DNA of 63,806 nucleotides, counting the filler, from Dugesia japonica (lineage: Eukaryota): the NCBI GenBank assembly GCA_001938525.1. It is 6 parts of 6 records of this genome, joined end to end, with 100 filler letters (N's around TTAATTAATTAA, not from the genome) between each part and the next. Parts side by side here need not be neighbours in the genome. Positions count along the whole stretch, not along the records: positions 1 to 13,826 come from MQRL01629888.1; positions 13,927 to 23,910 come from MQRL01202220.1; 4 more parts are not named here. One strand, 5' to 3'. Made by a program: the position numbers and the translations under genes. Positions 1 through 13,983 of the stretch are shown here, one piece after another. Numbering within the stretch: the stretch's first letter is position 1; each line of letters starts with the position of its first letter. The notes under the pieces were generated by a model, which saw only the letters and a program-made list of their open reading frames with translations, ran no database searches and was not told where the DNA came from.

Positions 1-779
1 AGTGAAGAAAGATGAGTATCAGTCAAAGTTTTCAAAAACTTATCCACGAATGATTACTCAAAACGATATAAGTAAAAGAAGTCAACCAATTGTTTTCAAA
101 GAGAATCAGTATTGTGCAATTGAAATTCAGACCCAAGGACGGGCCAAAAACAATAGTTTTCTTTGATATCCAATGAAGTATATAGCCAATAAGCTTTATT
201 GTAAAGCCAAAGAAAAGAATCCTCCGCGCTGAAGACGTTTTAGCTCCAGTAGCATGTTTCTGCTGTGGAGATACAAGACATAGAAGAATGAATTGTCCAT
301 TAAAAGAAAAATGTTTAATGTGTGGAAAAGAAGGTCATAATCTTTGAGATTGTAACTTTCGAATATGAAATTACACATTTCCGAAGATATTTTGTATTGC
401 AGAAGAAGATGATATGTTATCTTACAGTGGTGAACAAATTGAGTATATACACGATGTTTCTTTTGACGATGATGATAAAAAAAACGATCAGCAACCCATT
501 GCATTCATCTACTCAGTGAGGTTGCAATAACAGAGAAAATACTTTGAGATGAAAAATTGATGTTCGATGTTAAGATGTTTCAGAGGAGAATTGGAAAAAA
601 TCGAGTTTATTGCGTTGCAATGTATATGACATTAAGATGTTGTAAGATTCAGGAACAAAAATATCAGTCAGAAGTGCGGATGTTTGGAGAAGAATCGAAT
701 TACCTGATTTATCGTCGCACACATTGTTCTAGTAGGAGGTTTTTCTGAAAAAGAGAAAAATATGTCGGGAAAACTAAAT

Positions 780-2175
780 TGTGAAATAACAATGGAATGG
801 GAAGCTAATAGAGAAAGAAGTAGTAATTGTTAGAAATATTTATTCAAAATTTATCGGAGGTATTGATATGGTGAAGCTCTTTGGAATGAAAATCACTGNA
901 GTTGATTTTATTAACTCAAACGATGGAAATCTATTTACCGACAATACAGAAAAATTGAAAAATGACTTTAATACTTAAAATAATGTCAGTCAAGAAGTAA
1001 GAAAAATGATAGAAACATACAAAGATATATTTATGTAATCAAAATTTGATCTTGGTTATACGAAACTGATGCAACATCACATTGAAATGACAGGACCTCC
1101 TATAATGATAAACCCGAGAAGACAGCCAATGCACTTGGAAAATAAAATAGAGAAATTGTTAGAAAATCTAAGAAAATCAAATATTATAAGAAGTTGCAGA
1201 AGTCCATGGAATTTCCCATTGGTAATTGTACCAAAGAGAGATGGGACTATAAGAATGTGTCTTGATTTTAGAAAATTTAATTCAATTACAGAAAGCTATT
1301 AGTTTCCAGTTTCAGATATTCAACTATTATTAGATACGCTTGAAGGATCAGTCTTATTTTCTTCTTTAGACTTAGGGCAAGCATATTATCAAATTAAACT
1401 AAACGAAAAATCAAAACTAATGACAGCCTTTAGTACAAAGATTGGCCAATTTTGTTTTAATCGAATGATCTTTGAATTATGTACTGCACCAGTAACATTT
1501 AAAAGCTTGATGGATAAAATATTTGAAGGAATGTTGTACAAAGCAGTATTAGTAAATCTAAATGATATTTTAATATATGGTAAAACTAAAGAGGAGCACG
1601 ACAAACAAGTTGGTAAGGTTTTTCAGCTACTAAAAGATGTAGGTTTAAAAGTAAATTCAAGTAAATGTGTGTTCAATTCCAAGAAGCTGAAATTTTTAGA
1701 ACATACAATTAGCGCTTAAGGTGTAGAAACAAATGATGAAACCATCAAAAGAATTCGAGAAGCCGCAACGCCAAAATGCGCAACGCAAATACGAGTGTTC
1801 TTAGGAATAACAAATTATTACAGACGTTTTATAAAAAATGGTGCTTTACTTGCAGCACCATTGTATGTAGCGACGACAGGACAAAAAAAGAACATTAAAT
1901 GGACAATAGAATGTGCGGATAGTTTTCAATCTTTGAAGATAAAATTGTGTAGTGTTCCGATTTTGACTTTCCCAAATAATAGGGGCGAAATGATTTTGGA
2001 TACTGATGCTAGTTTTGAAGCAATTGAAAGGGTTTAGAGTTAAATAACGGATAATGGATTGGAACAGTTCATAGTATATGGTTTTCGAACTTTAAACAAT
2101 CACGAAAAAGGATATTGCGCTACTCGCAAGGAATTGTTAGCTCTGCATGAGTTTATGATGTATTTTAATTTTATC
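780..2175 (+). pseudogene. Ty3/Gypsy LTR retrotransposon pol remnant (RT-RNase H), multiple stops
   Basis: ORF pieces carry SPWNFPLVIVPKRDGTIRMCLDFRKFN, LDLGQAYYQ, a decayed YxDD (VNLNDILIY), FLGITNYYRRFI and ILDTDAS, followed by YCATRKELLAL. Confidence 0.9.
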
Positions 2176-2199
2176 TGAAATTTAAATGCACTTTTAAAA

Positions 2200-3240
2200 C
2201 ATGATTGAAAATTTACTAGAACGTTTTAAAAACTAATCCAGTGTTCAGAGCAGTGATCACTGTTTACTGAAGACCAGCGAACAGTGAGAAAACCAATAAG
2301 TGAGAGAAAAGACCAATGAAGACTAAATTATCATCTAAATTGACCGAAACCCAATACAAAAAAATAGGCTGAATCAAGTAAATGATTAAACTATTTTCGG
2401 TTCCTCGGGGAATTCAAAATTAAATACATGTTTTTTCAATATAACTTTTATCTATACGGTTTGGTGCTTTTTTTACCGCGTTATTCGTACTTAACGTAAA
2501 ATTTCCCATCAAATAGTATCAACTTCGATAAATCTGGAGTTACCTTTGATATTTTCGAAAAATGTTACCTAAATCCGGGAGGACGGCTGTACATATTCGT
2601 TAGGAAGCAGTTTTCCCGAGACGATATTTTAACTTTGCACAGTCACATTTTCTTCCTGAGTAAAATAATACTAAATTTGAAACCATACGAGCTTTGTACG
2701 CAGAGAAAGTTGAGTACAAAAATTCAAAATTTGAGATTTTTTCACAATAAACCCCCATTTATTTCATCAAATAATTACTTTGGCGATTTCAGGTTAACAA
2801 ATTTGAAATCAGCAAAAATGTCTCTATTAAATAAACACTTTTGTAAACTATTTAAAAAGGAAATATTTTCGAAAACATTTTTTTTGTGTAAAACGATCGC
2901 TGTAAAATTCTTAGCAGTTTGGTATAAAAATCTTTGAAATCTGAGATGTAGAACATATCGAACATATTTTTTCAAAACTTTAGACTGTTCACCCATACTC
3001 CCATAAAAATTACATTTAAAAAATTTTAAATTTTCATATTATTTAAACAATATGAACGGTTTGCCCTGATTCTTACAAAACATTCCCATAAAAAGTTTTT
3101 AAACATTTAAGAAAATTCAACTTTTATCATGAATTTCCTTTTAAATTCAAACCAAACTGTCTAGCCTGAGAAAATTATCATTCAAATTCTCCTTGTGAGA
3201 AAATAATTAACCAAATCGTCCAAAACTGACCAAAACAGAT
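2200..3240. repeat. Non-coding repeat blocks of a Polinton-associated element family
   Basis: 2760-3240 is an inverted homologue of ~8900-9350 (shared gatcgcYgtaaaattct, ccataYtcccataaaaa). 2220-2340 resembles ~44940-45170. Confidence 0.55.
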
Positions 3241-3994
3241 TAATGTGAGAAAACACACAAGGTGGCCCCCGTTCGGACCACTTACTTTTAAAAGTGGAAA
3301 ATTTTTACCCCCTTTTTTTGGGCTTTATGAAATAAAAGGGAGGTTTATTTTCGACACGTTTAAAAATGTTTATAGTCAAAATGGGAAATATTCATGGTTT
3401 TTCGGGAAATTTAATATCTCGATAATTTTACTCTTTCAAAGGTGCGACGCCTAAGCGGAATGTCACGCAAGGTGGCAATTTTTCATAACGCAAATACAAT
3501 AAATATATATACAAAATTAATGTTTCACGAACAATTTTGTAAATAAAAGCATGGAACAGGCGCTTTAAAATTTACCCCGAATGTGATTTTACGCAATTTA
3601 TCTTTTTAAAATAATTTAGTTTAATATTCCGCCTTATGAAGGTAAATAATCTCGTAAATTTTATTTTGGTTTTTAAAAGTTTCAAGCGCGAATACTTATT
3701 TTAGAAGAACGGGTAGCCATAGATAATACTTTAACTTAAATAAAAAACTATACATATTTGGAACCAACAATATTGGACTTTATTTTAATCTCGAATATTC
3801 CAATAAAGAGAGAAAGGGAAAAAAGTGCTCATTATAAAGTGAGAAAGAGAAAAAGTGATCCTTTTAAAGTTTATAAAGTTTCTAAGTTCAAGAAAGTAAC
3901 CCTTTAAAGTTTATGAAGTTTCTGTACTCAAGAAAAATGAAATAGAAATTTACAAGAACAATATTTGTATAAATTTTATTTTAGCTTCTAAAAA

Positions 3995-6900
3995 ATGTCG
4001 ACACCTAATTCTCCTTTAGAGGAATGGATGGCTATTGATAACACTTTACCTTTTGAAAAACAACAATTTAGAGACGATTTATTTAGTGAATTAATAGGAG
4101 TTGATTTTAATCGCGTTAACCATCTTGGAGCGCATTATTATCACCGATATAGAGGCGTTATTCATACATATACGATTTCACCTTATACAATGACTGAAGT
4201 AAATATTAAAACTTGTTTAGAATTTATATTAGATGATATTACAAATAATAACTCTAATTATACTGTAAAGATAACAGCTTTTCACACTATGATTAGATTA
4301 AATCTAAATAGTTATTTTCATACAGGACGAAGAGAAACTAAAGTAAATGAATTCTTTGATAAATTAAATCATGTCTTACAATCAGCAGAGGAAATAGATA
4401 TTGATGCAATAAAATTTGAATTTCTACTTATACCAACACCAAACGGTACAGGAAGAAATGATCGTATTCATGGCGCTTCTAAATCAACTAATCATATATT
4501 ACAAAACTTTGCTGCAAATTCAGTTAATATGATTAATAATACTGATACTATATGTTTAGCTAGAGCAATAGTAATTCATTAACTTATGATAACTTTACTA
4601 ATAAAAATTATTTTCATTTCGATCCAAAAGATAATAGAAGAAAATATATTAGACGTGGTGATCCAATTCAAACAGAATATGCTAATAATTTGCATATACA
4701 GGCAAGAGTTCCCATAAATCAAAGTGGTAGCAATATTAATGATTTAAAACAATTCGAATTATTTTTAAATGTAAGAATAATAGTTTATACTAGTAATAAT
4801 AACGACTCAATAATATATAGAGGAAATGATTCATCCAAGAAACAAACATTTATATATTTAGAGAATAATCATTTGAATGCTATCGNTAAAATATCCGCAT
4901 TTTTACAATCAAATAAATATTGTCATCATTGCTTAATTGGTTTCCAAAATCAACATACATGCCCCACGGGGTTATTGTTATCAAGGAAGAAAATTGTTAA
5001 ATGTGATGATTGTGGTAAAGAATATTCGAAACAATATAAACTCAGTTGTGGCAAAAAGAATTGCCCTATATGTCATGAATTTTTTACACCACCTTTCAAT
5101 AATCACAAGTGTTATATTAAAAATAATGGCGGCAAATTTAAAATAAGCAGTTCTTATATTTTCTTTGATTTTGAAGCAACGCAAGAAAATAGAGGATATC
5201 ATGAAATGAACTACGCAATTCCAAATGATTCATTAAGAAAAGTATTTAATAAATTTCAATTAAATATTGTAACTATATTTAAAATAATTACTGAAACAAC
5301 TAACGATGAAACGAGAGAAGAAATGAATTGGAAATTAGACAAATTAAATGTTAATAATATAATGGCTATATGTGTAGCGACAAACCAAATAATTATAAAT
5401 GATTCGAAATCTTTAATAGATACTTTCTGCAAATTCTTTATAAGCACAACTGTTAAAGATTATACTTTTATAGCACATTATTCCAAAGGATACGATAATC
5501 AGCCAATATTAGGTTGGTTAATTAAAAATAAATTACCTATAGACGAAATAAGTAGAGGAAATAAAATTATATACATTCGCGCAAAACATTTTAATATTAG
5601 ATTTATTGACTCCTTATGTTTTACTTTATGCCCTTTAAAAGCATTTCCCGAGACATTCGGTTTTAAAGGAACGAAAGGGAAATTTCCTCATTTAGCGAAT
5701 ACAACAGCAAATCAGAATTATATCGGCGTTTTCCTGCCTTGTATTATTATGGTTATGATATTATGAGTAATACAATAAAGGAAAAAGAATCCAATCAATT
5801 AACTATAAAACAAAAATTAAAAGCTTGGCATGATGAGAGAATAAATAACAATGAAATATTTAATTTTCAAAATTAATTATTTTATTATTGCTTAACAGAT
5901 GTAATGATATTAACTAAAGGATGTTTAATATACAAAGATGTTTTTATGAATATAAAGATGCCCAATGGTAATTTATTGAATTTAGACCCGTTTCAATATA
6001 TTACCATTGCGCAAGTATGTGCCAAAACGTTTATGTTTATAATAAATAATAATACAATAGGGATTCCAAGACTATCTGACTTTGATGACATTTATTCTTC
6101 TAAATTTTTACATTGGCTCGAATATTTAAGCTATATCAATAAAATAAATAAACAACACGCCAAAAGAGGAGGAGAAAAGGCACTAAGTAATTATAAATTA
6201 GAAGGATATTATTATGACTCGATAAAACAAATTCATTACGTTTATGAATTTAATGGCTGTTACTTTCATGGATGTTTAAAATGTTATTCGAAAGAAAAAA
6301 TATGTAAGAAAGGAAGTAAATCAATGGAATATTTAAATAATATAACTCAAACTAAAAAGAATAATATTATTAAATATTTTAAGGATAGGCGAGAAAAAGT
6401 CGAATATATTACTTTGTGGGAATGTGAATATCAAAGATATTTATTTGAGAATCCTAATTTTAAAAACTTTAAACCGGAAGCATCTTTAAANNNNNNNNNN
6501 NNNNNNNNNNNNNNNNNNNNNNNNNNNNNNNNNNNNNNNNNNNNNNNNNNNNNNNNNNNNNNNNNNNNNNNNNNNNTGTAGTTTCATTATACCCGACTGT
6601 TAATAAATATGACGAATATCCGATAGATCATCCACAAATATTATTTAATGCAATTCCTGAAGAATATAGAAACCTAAATAATCTTTTGGTTAGAATTAAT
6701 TAAAATGATCAACCATATTTTGGTTTAATTAAATGTAAAATGCTTCCTCCTAGAAATTTATATTTGCCTGTATTACCTTTTAAACAAGAAACAATAAATG
6801 CCCATAAATTATTATTTGGATTGTGTAAAACATGTATGAATAAAGTAAATATCAAATGCACACATTATAAATTAAATACAACGTGTACATTTAAAGCGCA

Positions 6901-7694
6901 AGCTTCACACAAGAATAATACTTGTGAACAATGTATGAAAAATAAACATGAATATGGATATAAGGCAAAACAATGCACAACATGTTTTAATTTTAGAAAC
7001 CCGCCATGTTGTCATAATGATGAAGAAAGATGTATAACAGGAACTTGGTCAACAATTGAAGTAAATAAAGCTTTAGATTAAGGATATAAATTATTACATA
7101 TATATGAATTATATCATTTCGGAAAAACAATAAAAGGTTTATTCAAAGACTATGTATATGTGTTTATGAAATATAAATTAGAAGCTTCTGGGTGTAAATG
7201 TAAAAGGCACGATGAAAATTGTCCACCAGATTGCGATAAACACTGTAATAACGATTTTACTAATGATAGCAAATGTAATACAAAGATTCAATTTGTTGCA
7301 GACAATATAGCTTATGAATTAGATATAGACAAAATCCAATTCAACGCAGGTTTAAGACAAGTAGCAAAAATTTGCTTAAATAGTCTATGGGGATATTTTG
7401 GAATGAATGATGACAAAAGGATTTGTTAAGAAATATTTAGAATCAGATAAATTTACACTTGATAAAAAGAAAGCTATGGTCTTAAATAATATTAACAATC
7501 CTTACAATATAAACCCAATTGAATCGTGTGAAACAATTGAGCATATTAAATTTAAATTCACAGGAAATAATTATAAAGACTTTAATAATATTCAAACAAT
7601 AACGCAAACAAAAGTATATAACTTTGATTTCGATAAAAGACANATAAAATATCTAAAAGATGGTAATGTAGACACATATCCATATGGATTTTAA
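3995..7694 (+). pseudogene. Polinton/Maverick protein-primed DNA polymerase B with VSR-like insert; disrupted
   Basis: Motifs NNTDTICLARAIV, ExoI YIFFDFEATQ, ExoII FIAHYSKGYD, RFIDS, KGKFPH, DPFQYITIAQVC, VSR-like YEFNGCYFHGC, SLYP (~6585) and KICLNSLWGYFG. Several stops and frameshifts; the YxDTDS motif C region is missing at ~7410. Confidence 0.9.
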
Positions 7695-7959
7695 TAAATA
7701 ATATAATTATTAATTTATATTTGTAACCATGGACGAAAATTACTGTGAAGATTGCAAAAAGATAATGGATAAAATAAAGAAATTAACTAAAGTAATCTCA
7801 TTATTTTAATTTAATTGCCCGGGAACACCTTTTAAACTTTTGTTTTAACCAACATAAATTAATTTTATTTAAGTATTTTAAATAATTTAATTATTTTAGT
7901 TTTATTAAAGAAAGTTGGTTAAAGCAAAGTGTTTAAAACGTTTAAAGTGTTTTAAAAGC

Positions 7960-8545
7960 AAAGTGTAAATATTGGACTAAATCACCCAAAATTGCTCCAA
8001 ATTGACTATTCCCGAGAAAATAATCGACCAAAACGCCCAAAAATTACCTAAACTTACCCATCCCGGGGAAATATTTGACCGATTCGTCCAAAAATGAGCC
8101 AAGTTCACCTGAACAAACCAAAAATTGAGCAAATCACCCAAAAACTACCCAAACCGAGCAATCTCGAGAAAATTTTGGACCAAATTCACCTGAACCAACC
8201 ACAAATTGACCACATTCAACTTCACCGAGTAAATTCCCAACTGAAAAGCCTGTAAAATTTTCCCAACTAAATACATTAGAAAAATTAAAAAACAGTTAAT
8301 CCTATTACGTAAAATTTCACCGATTAAATTAATTTCATGACATAATTTATGTGCAAATAATTTTCCCAACTAAATACACAGGGAAATTTAAAAAACAGTA
8401 ACGTAATAGTTACCTAATGATGCAATTTATGATGTAATATTTAAATTCACAACTAAAGGCATGAGGATTAAGTTTAATTACGTCACTAATTTGGGTATGA
8501 TGTAATCGAACGTGTGCTGTTCTGCCCCCCCACTATCCCCCTACT
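7960..8545 (-). repeat. Polinton-type terminal repeat with subterminal tandem units
   Basis: The minus strand begins AGTAGGGGGATAGTGGGGGGGCAGAACAGCACAC, matching termini at 13983 and 42845. 8160-8280 aligns in inverted orientation to 43090-43200. Confidence 0.65.
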
Positions 8546-10620
8546 CTCGGGAATGGTCAATGAGTAAATTTTGGATGATTTGTTCGAGTTTATCTTCACG
8601 GTGGTCAGTTTGGTTAATAATTTTGGAGACTCCGTTGAATTTTTCCTCCGGAATGGACAGTTTGATTAATATTTAGATGATTTGCTCAATTATTTCCTTG
8701 GACTGGCCAGTTTGGGTAATTGTTTAGGTGAAATTGGTCAATTATTTTCTCGGGAATGGATAGCCTGAGTAAATTTTTGATGATTTAGTCAATTATCTTC
8801 TTGGGTTTGTCAGGTTGGGTAATTTTTAGATAATTTGGTCTATTATTTCTTCAGCGTGGATAAACTTGGTCAATTATTTACTCATTGTGGTTGGTTTTAG
8901 GTTGGTTATGGTCAATTATTTACTCACAAGAGTCAATTTTAGATGAATTTGAGTGATAATTTCTTCGGGCTTGTCAGTTTGGCTGGAATTTTAAGGATAT
9001 TTATGATAAAAGTCGAATTTAGTTAAATTTTCAAGATTTTAGGAGATAATTTAAAATATTTTAAATCAACTTTTTATGGGAATATGGAGCATCCAAAATT
9101 TCAAAAATAATTTTTTCAACTTTTACAACATATAGATATTTTTCCATCAACCGACTCAGAATTTTACGGCGATCATATTTTGGTTTCCTTAGTATTTTAC
9201 ACAGAATTTTTTGAAAAATTTTTTCTTTTCAAAATAATTATCAGAAAAGTACGTAAACCTTTAGACTTTTTTTTCTTTAACTTTAGACTTTTTTAACTAG
9301 GAAGTGAAATTTAAGTTTTTAAAATTAAAATTTAATTATAAAGAGGGAAAACCTTTAAAATTTATGATTTCACATTCAGTAAAATAAATAAGGATAATTT
9401 TTATTTTCCATAAGGATAATACAATTTTAAAGTTGTATTTAAAACTTTTATGTGTTTAACAATAATTTTACTTTGATTGAATAAAATTTCTTTGAAGATT
9501 TAACTTATTAATTTTAAAATATTTAAATGATTAAATTAATTGATTTGAAATGTTAATGATAGGTTAAGAATTAATTGGCTAGAATTTTAAAAATTGAATA
9601 AAATTTATGTTACAAGTATATGATTAATAGGTGGATAATCATATTAGAAATCTATTTTCAAAGGAATTTTCTATATTAAGGTAAAAATATATGAATAACT
9701 AACTGGTTATTGGTTGCAAAGTATATATTCAGTGCGAATTATAGGGTTGAATATAAGGCATAAGCGATGAATAAATTAAACCATTAACTCAGTGATCGAT
9801 GAATAAATGAATTCGAAGAGTATTTGCACAGGTTTAAACTGATAAATGTTTTTTAAATGTATATAAAATCGAATTACTAATACTTAGTACTTCCTATGAA
9901 GAATATTTAAATTTAAAATCAATGTGTTTTACTAAGTAATTAAATTAATGAATTAATGGGCCATGAAACTTCTCAGTATTATAAAGAATAATTTCCATAT
10001 AATCCTTTCCTTGAATAATGTTAGAATACCACGTGAGTGGTATTCATGGTGTACTAATCTTGCACTTGTACTGCACTCATACTGTGTATGTAATAGACTC
10101 ATACTATGTATGTAATACACCAAATTAATTCATTCGTCTTTGATAATTCCTGTACATTTCATAAAATGTTTTAATACTTCTATACAATTTTAAAAGGTTT
10201 TTATTGACTACTGTGGAATTTCAGATAATTCTTTCGACTACTATACAATTTCATAAAGTTTTTATCATGTACTATAAAATTTCAGATTAATTCTCACGAG
10301 TTCTAGTAAATTATATAATACTATCTCTTTCTTAACCTCATTGGCAATAGTTTTCTCGCACTCATTCTTTTTTACTTGTTTCTTCTCAATCTTGTTCTTA
10401 TCATTTCTCTAACTTAAAACAAAGAAACGTATTTAGAATCAAACGAAATCTAGTTTGGATAAGAAATAATTGAATAGGTATTAATTGCTTGTCCAAATAG
10501 ACTAAAATTAACCATAATTTGACAACGCCGAGAAAATTCTCAACCAATTTAGCTTAAACCAGCCAAAAATTGACCTTATTTGACCTCACCCAAAAAATTC
10601 GCAACTAAAAAGCTTGCAAA
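8546..10620. repeat. Internal and subterminal blocks of the same non-autonomous repeat family
   Basis: 8546-9000 is an inverted run of the subterminal units. ~9450-9800 matches ~44600-44900 inverted. ~10380-10480 matches ~43340-43440. Confidence 0.55.
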
Positions 10621-13600
10621 AATCTTACCGCTCAAAAAGTCTGAAATTTGAATTTATTTTTATATTTACTTGTTATAATTAATTAAATTTTTAAATTGTA
10701 TTATGTCAAAAGATCACATGATAATAAGAACCTATTTTAAAAAATATACCTTTGTTTAAATTTACAGTATTACCTCTCATAGTCCGAGTAATTAGTTCAA
10801 TAATATCCTGGGCAGTTTGAATTTTTTCTAATCGAGGAGCTCAATACATACCAAAATGATAATTGGTTCCAAAACAAATCTTTCTTTGAATACATAAATG
10901 CGACATATAAATGTTAATGTATTTATTGGAAATAATTTTAAAATTACTGTTTTCGTAATTAGTTTTTCAAAATGTGTTCTCTAAATATTCCAATATCGAT
11001 TTCTGCACATTTCGTTTTTTGGCTTTCATACATTTCTTTATAGCAACAAATAACATTGTTTACTATTCTGCGCATTGTAAAGTTAAGATCAATAAATGGT
11101 ATCAGCTTTCATAATATACTCTGGCATAGGTTTAAACGTTCCAGTAATTTTTAATGATATCCAACAGTTAATTCTTATGCAGGAAATATACCTGACAGTT
11201 TCACCACTCTCATCAATCAGTTGTTTGCATTCTATTCTATCTAATTCTATTGTAACTGAATTGAAATATGTATTGTATTCCATCAACGTTAAACAACCAA
11301 AAAGTAAATCGCGCAATAGGAGATTTTGCCGTATTAAGGGATACACGATTATTTATATATAAAACAATAATTACGAAAACTGATCTTATTTTATTTTGTA
11401 GAATTATACTTTAGTCTTCTAATCAATATCAAGATTTAAAACTTAAATAAAGATTTGTTTAAATAATCAAAAGTATTGTCAGTTTATTTTGAATAAATAA
11501 TTTAATATGTTTACTTGTTCATTTTTTTAAGTAAATTTAATGAAAATAAATGTAAAATTCTGCCAACATGTAACACTGACCTTCTTTATTTTTGTAATGT
11601 TTAAGATCGATGAGAACTTAGCTTACTTTTTCTTCCTTCAAAATATTTATTAAGACATTTACTTTACAGATTTTATTAGACTTTTTCTAGAGTCATACTT
11701 TTTTTACATAGAATTTATCTTTTATTGATAAAAAATAGTTTCTTTCGAAAATAAGTTTAATGAACTAATAATAATAGTACGATAAATAGGTTTCGTTAGA
11801 TTTTTTTATTTCATTTTCTTGGTTTAATGATTTATAACTTTTTTTTCAACAATGGTTTATTTAATTGTCCATTAATATCATTACTGATACCTAAATCCAT
11901 ATGTAAAAAATGTATTCGTTACCTTTTTCGGAATCCTTTTTTTATGTCAAATATCTCTAGAACAAATACAATATGGTATACACTTTTACATTTGTACTTG
12001 TATTTTATTCAAAAAATAACTGTTAACGTCGTCTATATTCAGATATGTGAATTCCTTCGAAAAAGACAGTGTGCTATTAAAGCCTTCCATATTAGCTATT
12101 TAGGAACTCCTTTGAACTACTATAATTGATATTAAGTAGTTTTCAATTACACTTCATGGTTAGATAACTTCACGTTTCAGAGTAAATTACTTTGTGGACT
12201 TCATCCATTAATTTGACTAGGAAAACATTTTCCCTTTCAGATTTTTATTGTAATTCTTGCAGCTGTGTATAATCCTTTTTAAATAAATCAATTTAAAAGC
12301 ATTTAGCTTGTCTAATTATCCGCTATATGTCTGGTTGCTACCACTCTCGTTTTGTCACAAATATTCTAGTTTATAATATAAATTTCTAAATCTAATTTTA
12401 TAAATTACACCACTTGGTTATATATTTCAATGATTGGAAATTATGAGTAGTGAAAAATTCNNNNNNNNNNNNNNNNNNNNNNNNNNNNNNNNNNNNNNNN
12501 NNNNNNNNNNNNNNNNNNNNNNNNNNNNNNNNNNNNNGATCACACAAAAAGTTGCATACCAAATCGGCGAAAGTGCAGGTTTTTTTATAATTCGCGGACA
12601 AATTATCTAAATTCTGGGTACAGTATAGCATTACACAAATTTCATACGACTAACAGCGAGTGTTGACAAGTGTAATCTCGTAGTTGTATCAGAAGAGCAC
12701 ATACGAATTTGTACAAATAAGTAAGTGCTCAACTTTCTCAGCCGTATGCATTATTATTGTCATCATAATGCATTTAAAGGTTTGAAAAACTATGAAATAA
12801 ATATGAAGTTCGTGAACCACTAAAGTTTTTCTGTGGATCACCTGCTGAGAAACACGATTTAAGGTATTTTAGAGAAAATATCTTATTTATTTAAATTATT
12901 TAGTGTCAAATTAAATTAAAAGATTAACTTTAAAAATTAATTAATTAAAAATACATAATAAAGCTATTTAATTAACAGAAAATTAAATTGATTAAATAAA
13001 TTCATTTCTTCTCAAATAAAAAAAGCAACAAGATTGTTAATTCAAATGTTTGTTCAGAAAAATACTTATTATGTTGCAAGCCTTGATTTCAAGATCTTGT
13101 TGAATGGATAATTTTAAATAGCACATCTTGAGGAAAGTGTGTTGTAATTTAGGATTTTTTTAATTGTAATATAATAAATTTCAATCTGTATTATTTAATG
13201 TAAATATTATTTAATGTATATTGTAAGAGTAGTTCATAAATGATTCATATCTTGAGAATTTTATAATTTAATAATTTTATATATTATATAGTATTATATT
13301 AAAATTAATTATTGAAATATTTTAAATATTTTATANNNNNNNNNNNNNNNNNNNNNNNNNNNNNAAATAGAAATCAAAGTTTTTTTGTGAAAATTTAAAT
13401 TGGTTTAAATAATTTTTATATTGTATTGTATAAAAATTATTTTAAAAAAAATATCTTTTATATTATAGTAATATTTTTTGAAATATTTATATTACCGATT
13501 TTTAAAAAATAGTAAAAATGAATTTGAAAATTATTTTGAAGAATTAAAAAATTATTTGAAAGATTATTAAAAGAATTATCGTTTGCGTATTTTTTTTGAA

Positions 13601-13826
13601 AATCGATATTTTTAATTAGAAAATTTTAAATTCTCTGATATGGATTATTTGTTTAAGTATGATCGATTATTCTTGCATTTTTTAAACTTTAATAAAACAA
13701 TTGTGATAATAAATAAAACTTATGAAAAATTGTGATTAAAAGTATAATTCATAATTTATATTTATTATTAAATATGATTTTGTGCAGATTTCTACGATGT
13801 TAAAATTTTAATTGTAACTTTTAGTA

Positions 13827-13926
13827 NNNNNNNNNNNNNNNNNNNNNNNNNNNNNNNNNNNNNNNNNNNNTTAATTAATTAANNNNNNNNNNNNNNNNNN
13901 NNNNNNNNNNNNNNNNNNNNNNNNNN
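13827..13926. other. Artificial contig linker (N44-TTAATTAATTAA-N44)
   Basis: The identical six-frame-stop 12-mer is embedded in Ns at 13871, 23955, 36600, 46407 and 54991. Confidence 0.95.
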
Positions 13927-13983
13927 GGGGGGGGGGGGTTCTACTGAATGTGTGCTGTTCTTTACTCCCACTATCTACCTACT
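13927..13983 (-). repeat. Terminus of another Polinton-type element abutting or inserted into polB
   Basis: The minus strand reads AGTAGGTAGATAGTGGGAGTAAAGAACAGCACAC, and PolB homology stops at this point. Confidence 0.6.

Noticed and set aside
10800-12870. Decayed coding-like sequence and short ORFs (11089, 11096, 11827)
   Set aside because: No family motif could be recognised with confidence.
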